This document shows positions 1-7,630 of a stretch of 26,267 bases of DNA, one piece after another; position 1 is the first letter of the stretch, and each line of letters opens with the position of its first letter. The notes below the pieces were generated by a model. That model saw only the letters and a list, made by a program, of their open reading frames with translations, was not told the origin of the DNA and did not search any database. Source of the DNA: a virus (Duplodnaviria; Caudoviricetes); IMG/VR virus record IMGVR_UViG_3300032303_002855, positions 1-26,267 of that record. One strand, given 5' to 3'. A program made the translations under genes and the position numbers.

Positions 1-327
1 ATGGTAACAGGAGTTAATGCGGATCTAGCTGGTGGCGATTTAATTGCTGCTGACTTTATGGGTCGTCCAGTCAAGCTTGCAGCTACAACAGGCGGCGCTG
101 GAGCATATCCATGGTTGCAGGTTGGTAAAGTTGTTGAAGTCGAGAAGTTTGCTACAAACTTTGATGATGGACTTCTTTCCTACATGCAGTTGCCATCAGA
201 TCCAGGTGCACTTAAGACTGTATTTGAATTAACAAAGTCTGGTGCATACCAGGGTAAACTAGGTATCCGTTCAAACCTAGATGTAACTAATGTAATTGGC
301 GCATTCCGCGTCAACTTAACATTGTAA
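1..327 (+). CDS. Capsid-associated (decoration/cement-like) protein, probably 5'-truncated by the window edge
   Basis: Open frame from base 1 to TAA at 327, directly upstream of the major capsid gene with similar codon usage. Function inferred from position only. Confidence 0.5.
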   Translation: MVTGVNADLAGGDLIAADFMGRPVKLAATTGGAGAYPWLQVGKVVEVEKFATNFDDGLLSYMQLPSDPGALKTVFELTKSGAYQGKLGIRSNLDVTNVIGAFRVNLTL

Positions 328-365
328 TAATAAAGAAAAACACTAACAGGAGGAATAATCCTAAG

Positions 366-1421
366 ATGAGTAAAACAATCCAAGAACTCCTTTCGGGTCT
401 CCCAGCTTGGGAAACCGCATTAGCTGAGGATGGGTACATCGATTCAGACAACAGAGTTACTATCAAAGAAGCATTTTCGTCACCTGACGCAGCTGCACTC
501 TTTCCTAAGGTTATCTCTCGCACTCTAAGAGAGGCAGCTGAACCACAGTTGCTTGTAACCCCTCTCCTTTCGGTAGTTCGCCTTGGCAAAGGGCGTTCTC
601 TGGAATTCCCAGCAGTAAATGCAATTCAAGCAGCAGAGATCCCCGAAGGGCAAGAATACCCAGAGCAGGCACTCGCCTTTGCAAAGCAGATTGAAGGCAA
701 AGTTTCGAAGAAGGGCGTAAAGCTCTCCTTCACAGAGGAAGTCATTGCTGACTCCCTTTGGGACATTGTCGGACTTCATGTTCGTGCAGCAGGTCGTGCT
801 ATGGCTCGCTTGAAAGAGCAAATCGCATTAAGTCGTTTCAAAGATGCTGCTACAGTAGTCTATGATAACGCTAGTGGTTCGTATGATGATACAACTGGTA
901 GAGGAATCGATGGCGTAGCCAACGGTACCATTACTTGGGATGACGTAGTTGACATGGCAGCAGTGCTCATGGCAGAAAAGCATATTCCTACCGACTTCAT
1001 CTTGCACCCACTTATGTGGTCAGTGTTCCTAAAGGATAACGTCTTCCATTACGGTGGAGCCGCTTCTGCAGTTAACACAAGCTGGGGTTACCGTCCTCAA
1101 AATGCAGATGGCGCAATAAACGCCACAGCACCTCTTGGCCTTAACGTATTGGTATCACCATTCGTTAGCTTTACGGCAAAGAGTGGCGCAACAGCTGCAA
1201 AGTCGGACATCTTCCTTATCGACCGCAATGAAGTAGGAACTCTTCTTGTCAAGGATGACATGAGCACGGATCAGTTCGATGATCCAAGCCGTGACATTCG
1301 TCAGATGAAGATGAAAGAGCGTTATGATATCGTAATGCTTGGTGACGGTGAAGGTATCACTGTTGCTAAGAATGTAAGCCTTGCACGTAACTATGAGGTT
1401 ATACTTACAAACGAAATCTAA
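366..1421 (+). CDS. Major capsid protein (HK97 fold)
   Basis: 351 aa with AGGAGG RBS. The segment AAEIPEGQEYPE...KVSKKGVKLSFTEEVIADSLWDIVGLHVRAAGRAMARLKEQ matches the E-loop/backbone-helix pattern of HK97-fold capsid proteins. A strong terminator follows. Confidence 0.9.
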   Translation: MSKTIQELLSGLPAWETALAEDGYIDSDNRVTIKEAFSSPDAAALFPKVISRTLREAAEPQLLVTPLLSVVRLGKGRSLEFPAVNAIQAAEIPEGQEYPEQALAFAKQIEGKVSKKGVKLSFTEEVIADSLWDIVGLHVRAAGRAMARLKEQIALSRFKDAATVVYDNASGSYDDTTGRGIDGVANGTITWDDVVDMAAVLMAEKHIPTDFILHPLMWSVFLKDNVFHYGGAASAVNTSWGYRPQNADGAINATAPLGLNVLVSPFVSFTAKSGATAAKSDIFLIDRNEVGTLLVKDDMSTDQFDDPSRDIRQMKMKERYDIVMLGDGEGITVAKNVSLARNYEVILTNEI

Positions 1422-1464
1422 TAAAGCCTTAGGGAAGTTATAGTTACGGCTCCCTATAAGGATC

Positions 1465-1504
1465 GGGGACGGTGGTTTAATTATCACCGTCCCCTTTTCT
1501 TTTT
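1465..1504 (+). terminator. Rho-independent terminator after the capsid gene
   Basis: Perfect 10-bp stem GGGGACGGTG (1465-1474) / CACCGTCCCC (1485-1494) followed by TTTTCTTTTT. Confidence 0.9.
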
Positions 1505-1517
1505 ATAATATCTCTCT

Positions 1518-1524
1518 TACTATA
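1518..1524 (+). promoter_or_regulatory. TACTATA motif, putative phage late promoter
   Basis: Intergenic, 42 nt before GTG 1560. The same motif recurs at similar spacing before 11080, 14818, 21964 and 22324. Confidence 0.55.
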
Positions 1525-1559
1525 TTACATATACGTAAACAGGTCTCCAGGAGAATAAA

Positions 1560-2330
1560 GTGGCACTTAATCTTATAGAATATGCTTCCGTTGGATCTGA
1601 TACTGTAGTCATAAAATTTGCTAGGACTGTAAAAATAAGTTCATTAATAAATGCAAACTTTATTGTACAAACAACAGCTAGTACACCTTCAGTTATTTCA
1701 AATCCATTTATAGCTATATCGACAATAGCAGATTATAATCAAATTTCACGAGTACTTGTTCTTAACTGGAATAAGATGTTGTCATCCGGTCAAGAATATT
1801 ATATTAGGGTAAATGGTTTAGTTGACGCAGCAAATCAAATTATTCCAGAAGAAAAAATAAAGTTTACAAAAACAGATACAGCTACTCCAATTTCAGTTTC
1901 AGAACCAACTATTCCTCAGATTGAGCAAATATTAGTTGAAGACAAATCTATAATTCCAAATACCTATACCACTTATCAAGTTATAGCAAAGAACCCTGAA
2001 TTCTTTATTGAATCAGTAGATCCTAATAACGGTGATTTTTATATAGATAATACATACAACAATGGAAGAGTCATCATTACTTTTAATGAAAGACCAGCTT
2101 CAAACTTTTTAAATAAAGTTTATTTTAAAGTTCAAAGAAAAATAATACAAAGAACTCCAGCTAGGTGGGAAAACCTAGAACCAAGAGTGTCTATGCATTC
2201 TTGGAAACCTGATGTTTACGTAGACTTTCCTTCATTGGACGCAACACCATCATATTATACTGACGGACCAGATTATTTTGAAACAGGATACAAATACAGA
2301 ATAGTTATTTCTGAAAATATAGGAATATAA
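1560..2330 (+). CDS. Virion structural protein with Ig-like beta-sandwich domains
   Basis: GTG start with AGGAG RBS. Segments such as VVIKFARTV..NFIV and IESVDPNNG..VIITFNERP..YRIVIS resemble bacterial Ig-like domains. Confidence 0.6.
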   Translation: MALNLIEYASVGSDTVVIKFARTVKISSLINANFIVQTTASTPSVISNPFIAISTIADYNQISRVLVLNWNKMLSSGQEYYIRVNGLVDAANQIIPEEKIKFTKTDTATPISVSEPTIPQIEQILVEDKSIIPNTYTTYQVIAKNPEFFIESVDPNNGDFYIDNTYNNGRVIITFNERPASNFLNKVYFKVQRKIIQRTPARWENLEPRVSMHSWKPDVYVDFPSLDATPSYYTDGPDYFETGYKYRIVISENIGI

Positions 2331-2332
2331 AA

Positions 2333-2743
2333 ATGGCTAATTTTGTTTATGGAAAAGCAAAAGAAAGTTTATTAAATGGACAAATTAATGTTTCATCTAA
2401 TGGCTTAAAAATTTTACTTGTCAATAGCTCATACGTCCCATCCGCTAACTCGGATCAATATGTTTCAAACATTAATCCAACTTACATAAAAAATAGATCA
2501 GCATTAATACAAAACATCACTAATACACTAGGGGTGCTAAATGCAGATGATGTCATGATAACAAACCATGATGGTTCAGCTTTTAAGGCAATAGTTTTGT
2601 ATCAAAACGGTACATCAGATTCAGATTCAAGGCTTATCGCATATATAGATACCTCTACAGGTTTACCATTTGATGGTGTTAATTTTAGCCTACCTGTTAC
2701 TATAATCTGGAGTAACGATCTAAGTAAAATTTTATCTTTATAA
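2333..2743 (+). CDS. Conserved phage structural (minor tail/fibre-associated) protein
   Basis: MANFVYGKAKESLLNGQI...AIVLY...LIAYIDTSTGLP...TIIWSN..KILSL resembles a small virion-protein family I recall from actinophages. Operonic context. Confidence 0.6.
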   Translation: MANFVYGKAKESLLNGQINVSSNGLKILLVNSSYVPSANSDQYVSNINPTYIKNRSALIQNITNTLGVLNADDVMITNHDGSAFKAIVLYQNGTSDSDSRLIAYIDTSTGLPFDGVNFSLPVTIIWSNDLSKILSL

Positions 2744-2752
2744 AGGTTAAAC

Positions 2753-3070
2753 ATGTCAACTTCATATCCAAGTAGTCTAGATGATTTTATTAATCCAACG
2801 ATTAATGACACTTTAAACTCAACAACAGTTCCTCATCATCAGCAACATGCAAATTTAAATGATGCAATGGAAGCAGTTCAAACTGTTTTGGGCTTAAATC
2901 CAGCTGGAAGTTTTTTGACAATTAAAGATAGAATTTCTGCATCAGAAGCTCTAAACGGATTGAACGACGTTACTATTAGTTCTGTTACAACAGGAAACGT
3001 ATTGCGATACAACGGCTCAAAGTGGGCCAACTATGCCGAAACTAATCTAACCGATGGGGGAAATTTCTAA
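2753..3070 (+). CDS. Small fibre-associated structural protein
   Basis: N-terminal YPSSLD..HHQQHANLNDAMEAVQTVLG motif, a LNDVTI..GNVLRYNGSKW fibre motif (also in 11080) and a C-terminal DGGNF. Confidence 0.6.
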   Translation: MSTSYPSSLDDFINPTINDTLNSTTVPHHQQHANLNDAMEAVQTVLGLNPAGSFLTIKDRISASEALNGLNDVTISSVTTGNVLRYNGSKWANYAETNLTDGGNF

Positions 3071-3071
3071 A

Positions 3072-5075
3072 ATGGCTAATACAATTAGAATTAAAAGAAG
3101 AGCGTCAGGTAATGCTGGTGCACCAGGTTCACTTGCTAATGCAGAACTTGCATATAACGAAGTTGATGATGTACTTTACTATGGTAAAGGCTCAGGTGGC
3201 GTAGGCGGATCTGCAACAACAGTTGAAGCCATTGGTGGATCAGGTGCCTATGTAGGCCTTTCTGGTTCACAGACAATCACTGGCAATAAAACATTCTCAG
3301 GCACTGTAGCTCTTGGTGCTTCGGCAACAGCAACAACAAAAACAGCTGGTGACAACTCTACATCAGTAGCAACTACCGCATATGTTTATACAGCAGTTGC
3401 TGCGATAGGCGCATTCTCCGGATTAACTTTTGCTGGTGATAGTGGAACCACTCAAAATATAGCTAGTGGTGACACGTTGACAGTTTCTGGTGGAGTTGGC
3501 TTAAGCTCAACAGCCTCAGCAACAGACACAGTCACAATCAACCTTGACAATACAGCAGTATCAGCAGGTTCATATGGTTCAGCTAGCGCAATTCCAACGT
3601 TTACAGTTGACGCTCAAGGTCGTTTGACCGCAGCTGGAACAGCTTCTATATCTACTTCATTCACAGTAGATGCAGACAGTGGTTCAGATTTAACAATTTC
3701 TGGTGGAGATACCTTTAGAGTAGTCGGTGGCACAGGATTGACATCAACAGCTTCTGCAGTTGACACGCTAACTTTAGACCTTGACAATACTGCAGTAACA
3801 GCTGGTTCTTACGGTTCAGCTACAGCAGTATCAACCTTTACAGTAGATGCCCAAGGTCGCTTGACCGCAGCTGGAACTGCTACAATCGCTATCCCAGCAA
3901 GTGCAGTTACAGACTTTGCAGAAGCAGCACAAGATGCAGTTGGAAATGCGGTTGGAACAGGACTTACCTACACTGATGCTACAGGTGCAATTTCAGTAAC
4001 GGCAAATACCTACGATCCATATGGCGCAGCAGGAACAGCACAATCTAATGCAGAATCAACTGCTTCAGGTTATGTATCAACCCACTCATCGGCTACAACT
4101 GGTGTACATGGTGTTTCTGGCAATGTTGTTGGAACAAGTGATACTCAAACACTTACCAACAAGACACTTAACAGTCCAATCGTTTCGGGACTTTACCTTT
4201 CTGACTCAAGTGTTGTTTTTGAAGGATCTTCCGCAGATGCTTTTGAAACTACACTTGCTGTAACAAACCCAACCGCAGATAGAACTATCACACTTCCAGA
4301 TGCTACAGGTACAGTTGCTTTGGCCGCAGACGTTGCAGCACTATCTGGTGCAACATTTACAGGTGCAGTATCTGGTACATCCCTTGTTCTTTCAGGTGAC
4401 TTAACGGTTAATGGTACAACAACCACGATTAACTCCGTTACTGTAACTGTTGATGATAAGAACATCGAGCTTGGTTCAGTAGCAAGCCCAACAGACGCAG
4501 GTGCTGATGGTGGTGGTCTTACCCTTAAGGGCGCAACAGACAAGACCTTTAACTGGGTTGATGCAACTGACGCATGGACTTCATCTGAAAACATGAACCT
4601 TCTAACCGGAAAAGTATATGAAATCAATGGGACTTCTGTTCTTAGTGGATCTACTCTTGGTTCAGGAGTAACGGCATCAAGCCTTACTTCAGTTGGAACA
4701 ATCGCAACTGGAACATGGCAAGGCACTGCTGTAGGGGTTGCCTACGGTGGAACTGGTTCCACAACCGCCTCAGGAGCCCGTACGGCCCTTGGAGTAGCAA
4801 TTGGCTCTGATGTACAGGCTTACAACGCTACGCTCGCCACAGTGGCTGGTGGAACGTATGCTGGTGACGATAGCATCGTAACTGTTGGAACAATTTCTGC
4901 AGGAACTTGGAACGGTACAGCAATTGGCATAGCTTATGGCGGTACTGGATCAACAACCGCCTCAGGAGCCCGTACGGCCCTTGGATTAGCAATTGGCACG
5001 GACGTACAAGCTTATAGCTCAGTTTTAACTGATGTAGCTGCTGGTAACTATGTCCTTGACGGTGGAACGTTCTAA
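3072..5075 (+). CDS. Long fibre protein with Mtd-N-like attachment module and internal repeats
   Basis: Start more likely ATG 3072 (MANTIRIKRR..LANAELAYNE..LYYG), paralleling the 5613 N-terminus. Thr/Ala/Gly/Ser-rich, two ~79-aa and two 64-aa repeats, C-terminal DGGTF. Confidence 0.8.
   Translation: MANTIRIKRRASGNAGAPGSLANAELAYNEVDDVLYYGKGSGGVGGSATTVEAIGGSGAYVGLSGSQTITGNKTFSGTVALGASATATTKTAGDNSTSVATTAYVYTAVAAIGAFSGLTFAGDSGTTQNIASGDTLTVSGGVGLSSTASATDTVTINLDNTAVSAGSYGSASAIPTFTVDAQGRLTAAGTASISTSFTVDADSGSDLTISGGDTFRVVGGTGLTSTASAVDTLTLDLDNTAVTAGSYGSATAVSTFTVDAQGRLTAAGTATIAIPASAVTDFAEAAQDAVGNAVGTGLTYTDATGAISVTANTYDPYGAAGTAQSNAESTASGYVSTHSSATTGVHGVSGNVVGTSDTQTLTNKTLNSPIVSGLYLSDSSVVFEGSSADAFETTLAVTNPTADRTITLPDATGTVALAADVAALSGATFTGAVSGTSLVLSGDLTVNGTTTTINSVTVTVDDKNIELGSVASPTDAGADGGGLTLKGATDKTFNWVDATDAWTSSENMNLLTGKVYEINGTSVLSGSTLGSGVTASSLTSVGTIATGTWQGTAVGVAYGGTGSTTASGARTALGVAIGSDVQAYNATLATVAGGTYAGDDSIVTVGTISAGTWNGTAIGIAYGGTGSTTASGARTALGLAIGTDVQAYSSVLTDVAAGNYVLDGGTF
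3417..3891 (+). repeat. Two tandem ~79-aa repeats in the fibre gene (boundaries approximate)
   Basis: GDT..V.GG.GL.STASA.DT.T..LDNTAV.AGSYGSA.A..TFTVDAQGRLTAAGTA occurs twice. DNA CAAGGTCGyTTGACCGCAGCTGGAAC at 3615 and 3852, 237 bp apart. Confidence 0.85.
4761..4997 (+). repeat. 45-bp direct repeat (1 mismatch) within a 64-aa tandem repeat
   Basis: ACAACCGCCTCAGGAGCCCGTACGGCCCTTGGA(g/t)TAGCAATTGGC at 4761-4805 and 4953-4997. Confidence 0.9.
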
Positions 5076-5113
5076 GACTATAATTAACTAACACTTTATC
5101 TATGGAGTAAAAA

Positions 5114-5143
5114 TGACAAATCAATATAATATATTATTTGTCA
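5114..5143. promoter_or_regulatory. AT-rich imperfect inverted repeat before the PASTA-PPxF gene
   Basis: TGACAAAT-c-AATAT-aat-ATATT-ATTTGTCA. Confidence 0.45.
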
Positions 5144-5155
5144 ATAGGTTAAATT

Positions 5156-5600
5156 ATGGCTATTAGTAGTGGAAATTCATCAGGACCAAGAAAAAATGAC
5201 GTACCCAACATAGTTGGAGATAAGCCCGTTGCTGCCGATCCCAAGATCACAGCAGCGGGCTTTGACGTACGGAACTGTATCTAATACAAATTTAAATGAT
5301 CCTTCTGGTGGCAATTTAACTAGACTAGATGAGATCATATCCTCATCCCCTGCAGCCAATACAGTTTATCCTAGAAAAGAAGACGTAGCTTACACTAAGT
5401 ATTCTCCTTATTTCCCACCATTCTTTCCTCCATTTTTTCCACCATTCTTTCCTCCATTTTTCCCACCCTTTTTCCCACCCTTTTTTCCTCCATACTTTCC
5501 TCCATACTTTCCTCCGTTCTTTCCTCCCTTTTTCCCCCCGTTCTTCCCACCTTACTTCCCACCTTACTTCCCACCTTACTTCCCACCTGGTTTTAAATAA
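5156..5600 (+). CDS. PASTA-domain protein with C-terminal (PPxF)15 repeat, split by a +1 frameshift near 5261-5263
   Basis: ATG 5156 reads MAISSGNSSGPRKNDVPNIVGDKPVAADPKITAAG(F) and stops at 5282-5284. The +1 frame continues LTYGTVSNTNLNDP..EIISSSPAANTVYPRKEDVAYTKYS. Joined, they give the PASTA pattern VPNxVG..A...I.AAGL.....IIS.SP.A...V.....V. The ORF-track start at 5214 is probably an artefact. Confidence 0.75.
5415..5594 (+). repeat. 15 tandem 12-bp units encoding PPFF/PPYF/PPGF
   Basis: 6x PPFF, 2x PPYF, 3x PPFF, 3x PPYF, 1x PPGF, preceded by SPYF. Synonymous third positions vary between units. Confidence 0.95.
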
Positions 5601-5612
5601 GAATGAGTTATC

Positions 5613-6494
5613 ATGGCTAATACTATTAAGATAAAAAGATCATCAACACCATCTCAAACTCCCGTAACACTAGATTATGGTGAGTTGGCATTAAATTATG
5701 CAGATGGTAAAATGTATTATAAAAATAGTTCTAATGCTATTGTTGAATTCACTAGCTCTGCCAATCTAGCTGGTACAGTATATAATACAACTATAGGTGA
5801 TGGGACTAGTAGTTCATTTGTTCTTACGCATAACTTTGGAAGCAGAGATATAAGCGTAACTGTTAGAGAAGCAGCATCTCCATATGGCTTAATTTTAACT
5901 TCTTGGGAAGCTACTTCCACAAACACTATCACAGTTTCATTTGATTCACCTCCTGCTTCTAACTCAATTAGAGTATCGGTCTACATAGCCACAGCAGGCG
6001 TTCAGCAGGGCCCCACTGGTCCAACAGGCCCCACTGGTCCAACTGGTTCTACAGGCCCCACTGGTCCAACTGGTGTTGCCACTCAGGCAACCGCTCCTGC
6101 CTCTACTAGCGTTTTATGGGCTGATACTTCAGAAACTGGAACTGCAGTACTCCCACTTGGTGGTACAACTGGACAAGTATTAGCAAAGGCTTCGTCAAGT
6201 AGTTACGACGCAGTATGGACTACTCCTGACCTTGCATCAAAAGCACCAATTGCTTCTCCTACTTTTACTGGCACAGTAACAATCCCTGCTGGAGCTTCTA
6301 TTTCTGGCTTTGCAACTCTTGCTTCGCCAACTTTTACTGGCACAGTTGTACTGCCATCGGATACCTCTATTGGTACCGTTAGTGCAACAGAGATTGCATA
6401 CGTAGATGGAGTTACTTCCGCAATTCAAACACAACTAAATACAAAAGCTTCAACAGGAAAAGCCATAGCTATGGCAATAGTATTCGGAGGATAA
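5613..6494 (+). CDS. Fibre protein with Mtd-N-like N-terminus and short collagen-like GPT segment
   Basis: MANTIKIKRS..P..LDYGELALNYADGKMYYK, seven Gly-X-Y triplets (6009-6071), ASPTFTGTV repeats, C-terminal GKAIAMAIVFGG. Confidence 0.8.
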   Translation: MANTIKIKRSSTPSQTPVTLDYGELALNYADGKMYYKNSSNAIVEFTSSANLAGTVYNTTIGDGTSSSFVLTHNFGSRDISVTVREAASPYGLILTSWEATSTNTITVSFDSPPASNSIRVSVYIATAGVQQGPTGPTGPTGPTGSTGPTGPTGVATQATAPASTSVLWADTSETGTAVLPLGGTTGQVLAKASSSSYDAVWTTPDLASKAPIASPTFTGTVTIPAGASISGFATLASPTFTGTVVLPSDTSIGTVSATEIAYVDGVTSAIQTQLNTKASTGKAIAMAIVFGG

Positions 6495-6497
6495 ATC

Positions 6498-6860
6498 ATG
6501 GCAGCACCAAACATAGTTAACGTTACAACAATTACAGGCAAAACAGCTCTTCTCGCCATTACCAACTCTGCAACTGCAATAGTAACAAATTCAGCAGCTA
6601 GCGGTAAAGTAGTTAAAGTTAATGCTTTATACGTATCAAATGTTGATGGAGCATCAAACTTTACTTTAAATGTTGATATATTAAGATCTGCAGCAACACC
6701 TTCAACTTATAGACTAGCATACCTTCTTGTAGTACCCGCCGGAGCAACTATTGATGTTATATCTAAGTCTATTTACCTTGAAGAAGGAGACTCTCTTCGC
6801 CTTACAGGAAGCACAACTCTTAAACTAGAGGGGATTGCTAGTTACGAAGAGATTAGCTAA
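6498..6860 (+). CDS. Small conserved phage structural protein (beta-sandwich)
   Basis: GGAGG RBS. MAAPNIVNVTTITGKT...VSNVDG...VPAGATIDVISKSIYLEEGDSLR is a family I recall following AIAMAIVFG-ending fibres in aquatic phages. Confidence 0.6.
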   Translation: MAAPNIVNVTTITGKTALLAITNSATAIVTNSAASGKVVKVNALYVSNVDGASNFTLNVDILRSAATPSTYRLAYLLVVPAGATIDVISKSIYLEEGDSLRLTGSTTLKLEGIASYEEIS

Positions 6861-7630
6861 TGCCAGACTTTCCTTCTTCGTATAACGCATCTGGGATCTG
6901 GTCTTTGAATGATACTAAAGAGGCAGTGCAAGGTAGCAACTGGGCAAACTCATTCCCAGTGATAAAAGATGGGTTACAACTTTATTTAGATGCTGGGAAC
7001 TCTGCTAGTTATCCGGGATCTGGCAACAAATGGTATGACCTAAGTGGAAACAACAGACACTTTACATTAAATAATAATACCTTTACATCTGGTTCAATTC
7101 CATATTTTTCTACTTTTGGCGGCAATATGGTCGGTCCAGAATCAAACTCATTTCAAATTGATGACATAAATGGCTACACTATTTATCTAATTATGCTTAA
7201 TAACTCTTCCACTAATAGCGGTGCATTTAAGTTTTATGGCAGTGGGGGATTGAATAGGGGAATCTTTGCTCACTGTCCGTGGTCAGATGGCAACATCTAC
7301 TTTGATCAAGGTGGCTCTGGCGGTTCGGATATACGAACATATGTTAATGGAGGCTCTATGGGTTCTTGGAATATCATTACCTTTAGAAGAAATGGTTATA
7401 GACAAAGACAAATTATAAAAAATAATACTATATTAACTACTAACGTAGATTTAGCAGCAAATTTAAATTTGAATACAACTAGCGTAACCTTAGGTTCAAG
7501 CGATGAATACGGTGGCACATCTTCTACATGGAATGCACAAATTGGCCAATTTATTGTTTATAATCGTGCATTAAGCAGTGGCGAAATGTTATATAACTAT
7601 AACTCATTAAAGACAAGGTATGGTCTCTAA
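6860..7630 (+). CDS. LamG/concanavalin-A-like lectin-domain virion protein
   Basis: DGLQLYLDAGNSASYPGSGNKWYDLSGN and C-terminal IGQFIVYNRALSSGEMLYNYN..K.RYGL motifs. TAATG coupling on both sides. Confidence 0.8.
   Translation: MPDFPSSYNASGIWSLNDTKEAVQGSNWANSFPVIKDGLQLYLDAGNSASYPGSGNKWYDLSGNNRHFTLNNNTFTSGSIPYFSTFGGNMVGPESNSFQIDDINGYTIYLIMLNNSSTNSGAFKFYGSGGLNRGIFAHCPWSDGNIYFDQGGSGGSDIRTYVNGGSMGSWNIITFRRNGYRQRQIIKNNTILTTNVDLAANLNLNTTSVTLGSSDEYGGTSSTWNAQIGQFIVYNRALSSGEMLYNYNSLKTRYGL

Noticed and set aside
5214-5260. ORF-track N-terminus MEISPLLPIPRSQQRA from TTG 5214
   Set aside because: The overlapping frame from ATG 5156 encodes the recognisable PASTA N-half, so this segment is probably the wrong frame upstream of the frameshift.
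5403-5594. CRISPR array, microsatellite or triplex-forming DNA element
   Set aside because: No spacers, and unit variation falls at synonymous positions, so Pro/Phe/Tyr coding explains the pyrimidine tract. The antisense ORF 5395-5586 is its shadow.
3072-6494. Diversity-generating retroelement suggested by Mtd-N-like N-termini and DNA repeats
   Set aside because: No reverse transcriptase in the window. The repeats are in-frame coding duplications without adenine-specific mismatches.
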